Shown here in pieces: positions 13,526 to 24,089 of a DNA stretch of 64,000 nucleotides. The first letter of the stretch is position 1; each line of letters starts with the position of its first letter. The stretch lies in assembly GCF_001194135.2 (NCBI RefSeq), contig NC_068983.1, positions 112,566,131-112,630,130 of the forward strand, in the 5' to 3' direction. This stretch comes from Octopus bimaculoides (taxonomy: Eukaryota). The notes under the pieces were generated by a model. It was not told where the DNA came from. It saw only the letters and a list, made by a program, of their open reading frames with translations, and made no database searches. The position numbers and the translations under genes were made by a program.

Positions 13526-13609
13526 TTACAGTTCTGTCAGTCTTACAGTTCTGCCAGTCTTACAGTTCTGCCAGTCTTACAGTTCTGCCAGTCTTACAGT
13601 TCTGCCAGT
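13526..13609 (+). repeat. 17-bp minisatellite (TTACAGTTCTGCCAGTC) x5
   Basis: Five head-to-tail units with one substitution in unit 1 and no spacers. Confidence 0.95.
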
Positions 13610-14189
13610 TCACCAACTGGCCTGGTTCTTTATTTTATTGGTGTTGAAAAGATGAAAGGCAAAATTCTCCTCTATTGAATTTAAATTCAGAGTGCAAAGA
13701 ACCAGAACAAAACTATTTTGTTTTATGCTTATGACCCTGCCATCTTACTATGTACATTGTGTAACCTTTTACTATAGATATTGTACTGAGCTTGAGTGAA
13801 GAATAAAAGCCAAAAGAAAATTAGTGCCTGTACTTATGTCCCATAACTTAACAGTGAAACAAACAGCAACTACTAAAGTAAGTATCAGTCTTAGAAATAA
13901 GAATTTGTTTAACATGATCAACTAAAACTCTTTTAGGCATATTCACACTCCATTGACTGAATCAAATAGAGTAGTTATATATGTATAAATGTCTTTACAT
14001 GAGTCTATATCATCATCCATTCTATATCAAGAGAAAGAGAAGTTGCATTAAAAAATGAACCTTCAATATTTATTTCAAACTTTCTTTATCAGACCAAGAA
14101 GCAATTTTTTTACATTTACTTGTATAGACCTATAATCCTTTAGAATAGTCAATACACTACTGTTGCTGCATTAAAACTTATTCAATACT

Positions 14190-14376
14190 CTATTTGATAT
14201 TCTCAATTAAAACTCTTGGGACATCTCCACTCCTTGTTTCCAAAGATTTTTCATTAATTTTAATTGCATTGGTATTAACTGGAATTGTTTTCAAAACTAC
14301 TTTTCTCCAATTTTCCATAATCTGTTTCAATTCAGCAGATGCCCCTAGATTACGAATCCCCTTGGCATATACTTTG
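14190..14376 (-). CDS. Candidate terminal coding exon of the same gene
   Basis: Acceptor tttttgtatgtcataag|C in phase 2, matching the previous candidate exon. Open for 61 codons (KVYAKGIRNLGASAELKQIMENWRKVVLKTIP...VLIENIK) to TAG at 14192-14190. Confidence 0.4.
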
Positions 14377-14557
14377 CTTATGACATACAAAAATATAATT
14401 CAATAAAACAATAGAACACATTTTTACAAAAGTTAAATAACTTGGAAAATAATTGACTTCTAATGCTGGGATTTTCTGTCTCCTGCTAAATCTTTTACTT
14501 TACATATTTTATAACCTGCCTAGCATTTTAAAATTTAAAGCTTTATATTTATTTTAC

Positions 14558-14741
14558 CCATCGACACATATAAACATATATGTATATAAATGTATATGTG
14601 GAGTAAAGATAGCTGTAAAATTAAGCTGCACTGCTGATTCCATAATTATAGGTTCAAATCCTTTTATTGTTGCAAGCAAAATTCCCACTTCTGCTTGCAT
14701 CAATGTATCTAACTGAAAAATGACATAGTCTACTCCTACTT
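14558..14741 (-). CDS. Candidate next exon of the ANF-receptor-domain gene (184 nt, phase 1-2)
   Basis: Acceptor ttattcaatgcag|AA with ctaac/ctaat branch-like motifs upstream; donor GG|gtaaaa. Open in exactly the phase required by the 15054 donor: EVGVDYVIFQLDTLMQAEVGILLATIKGFEPIIMESAVQLNFTAIFTPHIHLYTYMFICVDG. The 3' end is low-complexity and no family was recognised. Confidence 0.45.
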
Positions 14742-15053
14742 CTGCATTGAATAATGTGATTAGCATTAAAATGCAGTTAGTGCTAAGAAGGCAATCTCAC
14801 TACAAAATATTTGCATAGTGTTCAAAATTGAAAAATAAAATGTAAGATGTGTTGCTTTACAATGAGAATGAAAATTTCATGGGTAAACGTTACACATTCC
14901 TATTCTTCATGACACATAAGTAAACTTTAATTTATTATATTTTCCTTTATTGAATTGGCCCTTGCCAATGCAAGTTGTGATTTGTTCAGCTTAAATGCCA
15001 ATTGATTATCAATATTTAAAGAAATCTAAGAAAAATAAGCAAAGATTCCATAC

Positions 15054-15722
15054 CTGATTCTATACAGTTCTCCTTTGTTTTGAAACAAGGATCTGGGTAA
15101 ATTTTTAATCCATTTGGCCAGAATATTGCTTGAATAACATTCAGTACCAGTTTATAGTTTGATCCATATGGGCTCAGTTGTAGAACAAGTTCAAACTCTT
15201 GTGATGATGGATTAAAATCGTATAATTTGTATTCAAAGTGTACTAGATTTTCTTTACCAAATAATATCCACCCAGCAGGAGATCGAAATGCTATCTGTTG
15301 TAGAGATTTTTTCAATGTCTCTGTGTTAGGACAAGAAGAACTGTTATTATTTGTGTAAAGCAACATCTGAAGCACATCCCTGATAATGGAAGTGTAATGT
15401 AAATTGTGTGTGTCTTGTTTATTTTCTACAAAATACCTACTGACATTCAAGTCAACAACAGAGCTTGCATAGTTGGATGGAAGTTCTGAAAGGAACGAAA
15501 CTTGTAAAACAAAAGTATATTCAAGTATGTTGTGAATGGTTGCCATATGTTGTGGTTGACTTTTTGAAGTCTGGCGTGTTATTCTTTCCATATATTCTTG
15601 AACTGTCCGGTAAGGAGATGGATTGAACATGATTACTGCATGATGCTTCTCAATAATTCCAATATTTTGGTTCCGAAAAAGCAAATGATGAATGTCTTCT
15701 TCTCCCATACAGAGTAATATTC
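15054..15722 (-). CDS. Internal coding exon (669 nt, phase 1-1) encoding the C-terminal half of an ANF-receptor/periplasmic-binding-protein type 1 ectodomain (natriuretic peptide receptor / receptor guanylyl cyclase-like)
   Basis: Acceptor tttctctctttacttttag|G at 15723/15722 and donor CAG|gtatgg at 15054/15053 bound a 222-codon open frame. By eye it aligns with the NPR ectodomain: ILLCMGEEDIHHLL ~ VIYICSSPDAFRTLM; FRSPAGWILF ~ FQGVTGYLKI; EYKLYDFNPSSQEFELVL ~ DFSLWDMDPENGAFRVVL; IFWPNGLKIYPDPC..C ~ LNWPLGYPPPDIPKC..C. Confidence 0.8.
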
Positions 15723-16158
15723 CTAAAAGTAAAGAGAGAAATCAAATAACAATTATTAAGTATCTTCAAAAACATTTTAATCAATAATTTAAAGTTTAAA
15801 ATGTTACAATCTTTAAATGAATCAAAAACTTATGTTAAGGAAATTATTAGCATGAAAATATTTAACTGAGGTAATTAGTATTACCCAATACTATTCAGTA
15901 GCTGTTTGGTGCATTTTTAATTATATTCAAGTATAAAAGTTCATATAAGCCAATCTTGATATTCAATATAATATCCATTTATTTTTTGTAATGTGTCAAC
16001 AAAATAAAATTTGTGATATAAATTTTCTGTGGAATGATGAATATAAAAAGATCTGAGAATTTCATAAAAACAATAAAATTATAAATGCAATCAAGTCAGG
16101 TATTTTTAATACCTTTTCAGGTTGTGTACACATCACTTACATATAAGGGATAGAGTAC

Positions 16159-16189
16159 CTGTTGTACATTTAAACAACTGAGCTTGTAT
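16159..16189 (-). CDS. Candidate 31-nt micro-exon upstream of the ANF-domain exon
   Basis: Acceptor catttttcag|A at 16189; donor CAG|gtactc at 16159. Joining gives IQAQLFKCTT-G-ILLCMGEED, resembling the helix-then-IILC motif. A stronger donor (gtaagt at 16140) would create a TGA on joining. Confidence 0.25.
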
Positions 16190-17819
16190 CTGAAAAATGT
16201 TCAATAGAATGATAAGTAAATTCATGCTTTCCAAAACTTTAACAGCATTAGGTCTCTGATATGTTGTATTCATTTATTGTCTTTAAATCTGCTTCAATAC
16301 AATTCTTGTAATTTTGTACTATGCATCTACAATCTAGTTAAAACTTAGTCTATGCTTGTGTTCCCTTTGCTATCATTATCATATTTCATACCTCCCTAAA
16401 CTACTACTAAACATTTTTTTCAATTTATTCTCTCCACAAAACTACTGCCACCTGAAGTCTCCGCTCTACTCATGTGTCCCTTTTAGTTATTAACTTGAAG
16501 ATGTTAAAGTTATATATCAGCTACACAGGCACCACCAGTCTGGAAACAGCTACACTGACCTTTAGTATTGATGTGATAACAGAGCCATAGTAAAGTTAAT
16601 AAAGTTAAATTCTACATAGACATTGAAACAATAATGACAAAGAGAAAAAAGAAGAGCACATATCTGTTCTGAGATTCTGTTAGACTGGAATAATAGGATT
16701 ATTGCATGAGGTTAACCGGGTTAATATTTGGTATGAATTCTTGCTGATGAAGAATAAATAGGAAGGTGTTGGCATTATCAATTTTGGGGAGAAAGTGTTC
16801 GGTCAATACTGTCAACTCCACTACTTGACTGTTAATTCTATTTCTTATCTGCCAGTAAAGGATGTAAGGTAAAAAGTAAAGCGCCAATTGAATATTGGGT
16901 TAAATGGTATTCACTAAGCCTCCTCAAAATTTCTAGCATTTTGCCTAAATTAAATACACTAACAGCTAAATCTGTAATAATAGTTTTATGTAGCAGCAAT
17001 CATAAGTTTGTCTTCAGAAAACTTAAGAGTTATTTTAATAAGTTAATGGAAATATTTCAGTTGACTAAATTTATTTCTAGTCGGTGTATTTTAAATTGTT
17101 AAAAATAAAGAAAATAGAAAGTGGTGGACATATATTGGTAACAACTTGATGCAAATTACAGTTCTATATTTAAGAGATGAGGAACTATGGACATTATTTA
17201 CATTATTTACACAGGCATATGGTATAGTGGTTAAGAGAACGGGCTAGTAACCCTAAGATTCTATGTGTATATATACACATGTTTACATGTGTACATATAT
17301 GTATTTGCATGAATATATGTATTGTATACATATGATTGTGTATGTTACTTCAAATTTCAATCCTACAGGCAATCTTCAGGTGACACCAATTGGTAGTAAG
17401 AGCTTTAATATAGTCAGGTGATGTAAAAGTAATAAGATGACTCATCAAAGACTTCTGCTTGGCTCCAGCCAATTTATCAGTTGATTAAATTCTGGTAGTA
17501 TTTCTGATGAATGCATTCAGTTGTAATTACCAATGCAATACTTGTTATCATGACAACCCTTACCAACACAACCTTTCTGTTTAAAATATCTGTTGTTCTA
17601 GTTAACATGTGGAATTTTATTTTATTCACTGCAATGATTGCAGAAGATCTTCATGTATATTTGTTGCCATGGTGTATATTTGTTGCCATGATGTAAATCA
17701 TGAGATTTTAAAATTAGTATGTTGTATGACTAATATAGAGAGCATCATCACCACATATAACAGGGACTTCAAGTCACATAATAATCCAAAGAATCTAGAA
17801 ATTCATTATATAGATAGTT

Positions 17820-18240
17820 AGCTGAATATTTCTGTCTACCTAGATAGCACGGGAAACAGCTATAAAATTTATGTAAAGCTGTATTATTGATCTACTATGC
17901 TAGTCAAAGGTGTTAACACCTTATTATATAGACTGGATTGTGTGAGAATGGCTTCAATTGATGCCATTACTTTAAATCATAAGCCAAAATTTAGTTGTGC
18001 AGAAGAAAGAAATAGCACAGCATAAAGACACACATGGCATTCAAAGGATCCCAGCATCAATAACTGTAATATCATTTAGTCTCTACTGCGTTTGGGTAAC
18101 ATGTACTTTCTTTGTGGCTTTTGTAAAGATGAGAAATACTTCATTTGCACCAAGACAACTGAACACAAAATCAGAATTAATTTCTAAATGTTGTCATGAA
18201 AATAATCCTTTATTCAAACTGCAACTAAACTCTTGAAGCA
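17820..18240 (+). mobile_element. Degraded Penelope-like element (GIY-YIG endonuclease C-terminal region)
   Basis: Motifs in shifting frames: TGLCENGF (17932), NHKPKF..RNSTA*RHTWHSKD (17975) and LNTKSELISKCCHENN (18159). These match the PLE pattern YIGL.E..FK.R..NH..SF.....NST.LSK.IW.LK...LLNKRSELISKCRH.N. Confidence 0.6.
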
Positions 18241-18399
18241 GATTAAACAAGTAACAAATGGGAAGTCAGCAACACATGAAAAACTGCAGATAATATTTAT
18301 CAAACTAATATGAAGAAAGCTCAAGCACAGTAGCATTTTTATAAGAAAGGAGCTAAAATCCTATATACTAAAATCTTCAAGGTACTACTAACTACATTT

Positions 18400-18764
18400 G
18401 TGTTGTTGGCACTCCATCGCTTATGATGTCGAGGGTTCTAGTTGATCCGATCAATGGAACAGCCTGCTCGTGGAATTAATGTGCAAGTGGCAGAGCACTC
18501 CACAGACACGTGGGATATTCAGCATGACACAGTGTGACAAGGCTGACCCTTTGAATTACAGGTACAACAGAAACAGGAAGTAAGAGTGAGAGAAAGTTGT
18601 GGTGAAAGAGTACAGCAGGGTTTGCCACCATCCCCTGCCGGAGCCTCGTAGAGCTTTGGGTGTTTTCGTTCAATAAACGCTCACAACGCCCGGTCTGGGA
18701 ATCGAAACCGCAATCCTATGACCGCGAGTCCGCTGCCCTAACCACTGGGCCATTGCGCCTCCAC
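18400..18764 (-). mobile_element. tRNA-derived SINE family D, full length, with TSD
   Basis: Head GTGGAGGCGCAATGGCCCAGTGG (A box) and GTTTCGATTCC (B box), (CAA)n tail, 13-bp TSD ACTAACTACATTT (18387-18399, 18765-18777). Confidence 0.92.
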
Positions 18765-18956
18765 ACTAACTACATTTATACATACACATACACTCAATCA
18801 CAAATGTATATATTGTTTTGTTGTTGCTGATGATGATGATGATTGTATACATAGAGAACAATTCATTAGATAAATATGATATATTGAAGACGGGACTGTG
18901 TTCAAGTTGAATAATTTTTTATGAGCTATTTTTCACATTTGACTTTTAGTCACATA

Positions 18957-19131
18957 CAAGGGAGTCCTGAAAAGTTCCTGATTATAAAAGGTATTGGAAA
19001 ATGCATGATTCTTTTACTGGACTTAGAAAACTGAAGGACCACTGAAATAAGCGTGTGAAATAAAATCATAATTAACTGATCCTCCTGTTATCCCTTTTAC
19101 CCATAGCCAATAACTTTTCAGCACCCCCTTA
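18957..19131. mobile_element. Tc1/mariner-type MITE
   Basis: TIRs CAAGGGAGTCCTGAAAAGTT vs TAAGGGGGTGCTGAAAAGTT (17/20), TA on both flanks. Confidence 0.8.
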
Positions 19132-19175
19132 TATATGTGTGTGGATGTGTGGGCGTGTATACATATACATATATG

Positions 19176-19214
<39 letters not shown>

Positions 19215-19298
19215 GCAGACAAACATATATATCTAAATACGAGTGAGTAGACAAACAAAAGAAGGGCACTCAACACATTTATTGGAAATTGCAGGTAT

Positions 19299-19355
19299 AG
19301 ATCAAAACAGTTTGATTCAAACTCCTTGGTAGTCTGAATCAAACTGTTTTGATCT
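19299..19355. repeat. Perfect 21-bp inverted repeat with a 15-nt loop
   Basis: AGATCAAAACAGTTTGATTCA-N15-TGAATCAAACTGTTTTGATCT. Confidence 0.95.
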
Positions 19356-19356
19356 C

Positions 19357-19387
<31 letters not shown>

Positions 19388-19477
19388 NNNNNNNNNNNNN
19401 NNNNNNNNNNNNNNNNNNNNNNNNNNNNNNNNNNNNNNNNNNNNNNNNNNNNNNNNNNNNNNNNNNNNNNNNNNNNN

Positions 19478-19516
<39 letters not shown>

Positions 19517-20404
19517 ATATGTATATTTGTATAGATAATGTGTGTGTGCATGTGTGTGAATCATTTCTTGCTTGGATATTGGCAAGAATGAATTTACCAT
19601 TTATAAGATATCACATAATATTATCCCATGACTACTTTTATGAATTTCATCAACAATAACATGGAAGATAATTGCCAATTAGATGTTTCAAGTGGTTCAT
19701 GAATTAAGTATATGCCACTATTTTTCTTTTGATGTATTGATTCTAAAATAAGCATATGAACAGATCTACTAATAAGTACATTCTGTATTATTAATTCCAA
19801 ATATAAATATGGATTTACATGATATCTATGAAAAGTATGCATGGTCTTGTCTACACTAAATCTGGATGATACCCAAGTAGAGAGAAATCACATCAGTTGT
19901 CAAACCTATGCGATTTCTATACAAATTCAATCTTTAAAATTATTCTTGATCAACACAAAATAGATATTTTTATATCTTCTAATACTTTTATATTAATTTT
20001 TTCATCTTTTTATTTTTGAATAGATAAAAGTAGTCAACTTATACATAAAATGCTCAGTGATGTAAGAAATTGATTTACAGTTCATTTGTTATATGAGTTC
20101 ATTTATTATATAAGATGAGAGGATCATTCAACAAGAGCCATCTCTTGACTAAGAAAGTTGGCAGACTTTAGCATTTATCTAACCCCAAGGCCAATTTCAT
20201 GTCACTGAATGATCTATTTATGGAATATTTATGGGTTTTAACAAAACTCCATTTTATCTAATATCTCTGCAAGGAGATATTCTTCATTCTTTAAATACCA
20301 AGATATATCCTGTAAAAATGACAAAATATTCGCCGCAAGAAATATATAAGCAAAGACTAGAGCAACGTAATAATAACTAAAACCCATATTAGATTTCTAC
20401 TCAT

Positions 20405-20550
20405 AGGTATAAGCATAAAAGTGTGATTAAGGAATTTGGTTCACAACTATATGGTTTCAAGTTCAGTTCTAATGTGTGCCAGTCTGGGCCAGTGACTTAT
20501 ACTATAGTTCTGGCCCAATCAAAGCCTTGTGAGGGAATTTGGTAGACAGA
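20405..20550 (+). mobile_element. Degraded SINE family A head
   Basis: ggttcaagttcagttc...caaagccttgtgagggaatttggtagacagaaac. Confidence 0.6.
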
Positions 20551-20757
20551 AACATGGCAGCTGCCTGTCCAGTAGTGGAACTGTGAGCCTTTTAGTTATA
20601 ATGTATTAAGGAATATTCAACATTAACCTATTGAGTTCTGTAATTTATTGGTAATTTGATGTATGTAATTTGATGTATGTATGTATGTATGTATGTATGC
20701 ATGTATGTATATATATATATGTATGTATATGTATGTATAGATCGGAANNNNNNNNNN

Positions 20758-20796
<39 letters not shown>

Positions 20797-20823
20797 CAAA
20801 ATAAGCAGCAGAATAGCAAGTCA

Positions 20824-21357
20824 TGATGTTGTACAACTGTTTCAAGCGGCTCCATTTAATTGAACAATGCAGTCATTACATGAATTTAAATTCAGTGCCA
20901 TCATCAGCTGCACAAATAAATAAAAAGAATTTTAGACAGTTGGATACATTAATATAATTTTTCTCAAATACTTTAACAGAGCAATAAGATGGATGAAATT
21001 CAAGTTGTTGCTATCATAGCTAAGAATAGACTACACTTCCAAGAATCACATGAAACCCATTGGGGTCATAGCTTGTAAAGGATTGTGATTCATTTCTAAT
21101 TCGTTTATCTTTTTATCAACTACTAGTTTATGTGATTCTTGGAAGTGTAGCCTATTCTCAGCTACAATAGCGACAACATGAATTTCTTCTATCTTCTTGC
21201 TCTGTTAAAGTATTTGAGAAAAATTATATTAATGTATCCAACTGTCTAAAATTCTTTTTATTTATTTGTGCAGCTGATGATGGCACTGCATTTAAATTGA
21301 TGTAATGATTGCATTATTCAATTAAATGGAGCCACTTAAAACGGTCGTACTGTATCA
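20824..21357. mobile_element. Foldback element / MITE with ~230-bp inverted arms and ~70-bp spacer
   Basis: Arms ~20824-21056 and ~21126-21357; 20893-20983 is the exact reverse complement of 21198-21288. Confidence 0.9.
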
Positions 21358-21899
21358 CTACTCAATATCTTGTTGCTTATTTTGATTTTGTTCACCTTAC
21401 TTTGACCTATGCGGATAATACCAGACTAGATTATTTTTTCTTACAATTCCTGTCTGTCTCTTCTCTTGTTACTACAACAGCATTTTCTCTTCTGACCTAA
21501 CAATCTGAATGTATTCCTGTCATACTTCCCTCTTTTTGTCACTTACACTTATTCCAGATTCAAGATTTTACTTTCCTTTCCAAGACTGCATACCCCTAAA
21601 ATTCTCTTTCTACTAATGATTTTTCTGAAAATTTGACTTATAAGAGTTCAAGGCGAATATCAACTATATTAATCTAACTAATGTGGGAAGACATGGATAA
21701 TGCTCTTGTTCATATAAGTTATAAAGAAATATAACAAAAATAAAAATTTCTTCATTTCATTAATTGACTAGAAACAAATAAGCAGTCAAAAACAAGACTG
21801 TAGAATTCATGTTATGTGACTCAATGACAAACATAGTTGATTCATCATTAACATGGTTCCAATATAAGCATTAATGTAGTAGATAAACATCATTAATAT

Positions 21900-22200
21900 T
21901 GATTTCAAATTTTGTCACTGGGTCAGTGGTTTAGGGAAAAGAGCCAAGTCAATTGAATTGACCCCAGTACTCAACTGATACTTTATTTTGCCAAATCCTA
22001 AAGAAGGAAAAGCAAAGTTGACAGAATTAGATTCCTCGACAGAATTAGATTCAAATTTTGGCTCAAGGCCAGTAATTTGGGGGCAGTAGGTAAGTCAGTT
22101 ACATAGACCCTAATGCTCAACTGGTACTTCTTTTATCTACACCAGCATAAAAAGCAAAGTCAACCTTGGCAGAATTTGAACTCAGAAAGTGAAGATGGAG
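21900..22200 (-). mobile_element. Two overlapping SINE family C fragments
   Basis: Repeated gaccccagt.ctcaactggtactt and aaggcaaagtcaacct..ggcagaatttgaactcagaa motifs, shared with 48685-48908. Confidence 0.65.
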
Positions 22201-22246
22201 ATTGTAGAAATTGAACATTAACTGCATTGATCTTACTGGTCTCACT

Positions 22247-22635
22247 TGTTGTTGTTGGCACTCCATCGCTTACGACGTCGAGGGTTCCAGTTGATCCGAT
22301 CAACGGAACAGCCTGCTCGTGAAATTAGCGTGCAAGTGGCTGAGCACTCCACAGACACGTGTACCCTTAACGTAGTTCTCGGGGATATTCAGCATGACAC
22401 AGTGTGACAAGGCTGACCCTTTGAATTACAGGCACAACAGAAACAGGAAGTAAGAGTGAGAGAAAGTTGTGGTGAAAGAGTACAACAGGGTTCACCATCA
22501 CCCCTTGCCAGAGCCTCATGGAGCTTTAGGTGTTTTCGCTCAATAAACACTAACAACGCCCGGTCTGGGAATCGAAACCGCAATCCTATGACTACGAGTC
22601 CGCTGCCCTAACCACTGGGCCATTGCGCCTCCACC
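22247..22635 (-). mobile_element. SINE family D, full length, with TSD
   Basis: Highly similar to 18400-18764; 12-bp TSD ACTGGTCTCACT (22235-22246, 22636-22647). Confidence 0.92.
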
Positions 22636-23564
22636 ACTGGTCTCACTACAACTACAATAACTATGAATATACTTGTTTTTGAAAAATATCCTCTTCCTCT
22701 AAATAAACAAAGGTGAAACAACTACTTCAATATAGTTCTCAAATAATAAAAGTTTTCACTAACAAATAATACTTCATAATCACTAAATAGTTTGTTGATT
22801 TTATCATGCATAGGAATATTGTATTACATGTCAGATAGAAACTCTGGCAAACAGCTTTCACAACTAACTACATAATTGAAGAAAACAAACTCTGAGAATT
22901 AAACTAACATACCATGAACAAGATCAGTATTGCGTGAACTAAAGTAGATAGAGGGAACATATTAGTGGTTAATATCTATGAAAATTATTCAGTAAGCCTT
23001 GAAACCAAGTATAATACCATGCAATATCAATGGTGTTTTACACTGGCCATCAGAGTAATTTATAAGTTTATATGACTCAAGAGTGTTCAGTACAGTTTAA
23101 TTATCGAAAGATAATTCCCAGTACTTGGGTAATGTTAAACCAAGGTTACAGCTGCATAAAATTTATGACTTTAAACTGGTGCAATTTGTGTCTTTTTATT
23201 ATAGTTTTAAATCTGCCTTTTCCTGATATTATAGATTATATATTTTTTACTATATTTTAACACTATGCTAGTATTTTGTATTTTAGCATTTTAGTTGCGA
23301 GACATAATCTGGTAATATATTTAAAAAAATCAGAATGAAATAAATGTCATCATTAAAAAAAGAAAATAAAAGAAAATGTGTTTAAAATTTATTGAAAAAT
23401 ATTGTCAATACAGTGGTGGACAAAATACCTGGTGATATGTGATTCTGTTCTTTGTATTCTCAGCTGAAATCTCACCTTTCATTCTCCTGATGTTGATATA
23501 ATCAACTGTTTTTCTCAACACAAATCTTATGTGTTTGTGCCCATGCTAGAACCAGTCATTATTA

Positions 23565-23774
23565 TTGCTAAGATGGTGAACTGGCAGAATTGGTGGTGCA
23601 TAGGACAAAATGCTCAGTGGTATTTCGTCCATCTTTATATTCTGAGTTTAAATTCTGCCAACACTGGCTTTGCCTTTTATATTTTCAGGGCTCACAAATT
23701 AAGTGCCAGTTGAGTATTGGGGTCAGTGACTAGCCCCCTCTCACAAAATTTCAGGTTTTGTGCTTATGTTGTTG

Positions 23775-23818
<44 letters not shown>

Positions 23819-23820
23819 TG
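23565..23820 (+). mobile_element. SINE family C with (TAT)n tail
   Basis: ctggcagaatt...ttctgagtttaaattctgcc...ctttgcctttt...ggggtc followed by (TAT)n. Confidence 0.7.
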
Positions 23821-23960
23821 TCTCCTTCAATTTTGTTTCCATTTCTTCCTAACACCTAGGGCAAAGAAGCTCACTGTATACATTGGTAGGCAATTAAAAT
23901 AAACACCCCAGATTGCTCATTTACAAAGTCACGTGACAGAGAAAAGGGAAAAAAAGAAAG
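23820..23960 (-). mobile_element. Short 3'-end copy of the R4/Dong-like element
   Basis: Similar to 24096-24240 (acacctagggcaaagaa.ctca.tgtatacatt), ending in (TAA)n on the minus strand. Confidence 0.75.
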
Positions 23961-24089
23961 AAGAAAAAAATTTTTTTAATGAAAAAAAGAAAACAAAGAA
24001 AAGAAAGGGGATTATTATCATCATCATCATCATCATCATCATCATAATCATTATTATTATTATCGCTATTGTTATAAGTTTTTCTTCAC

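Noticed and set aside
13526-13609. CRISPR-like array
   Set aside because: Head-to-tail identical units without spacers, in a eukaryotic context with no cas genes.
16699-16887. Upstream receptor exon
   Set aside because: There are good acceptors, and KNSYQILTRL loosely recalls DKS.YPT.TRT, but every frame stops before a convincing donor.
19596-20310. Exon-like segments with good splice sites (19596-19742 and ~20080-20310)
   Set aside because: In-frame stops in all phases.
22560-22635. tRNA gene (also heads at 18690-18764 and in SINE A/C/E)
   Set aside because: A and B boxes are present but continue into a SINE body, tail and TSD, so these are SINE heads.
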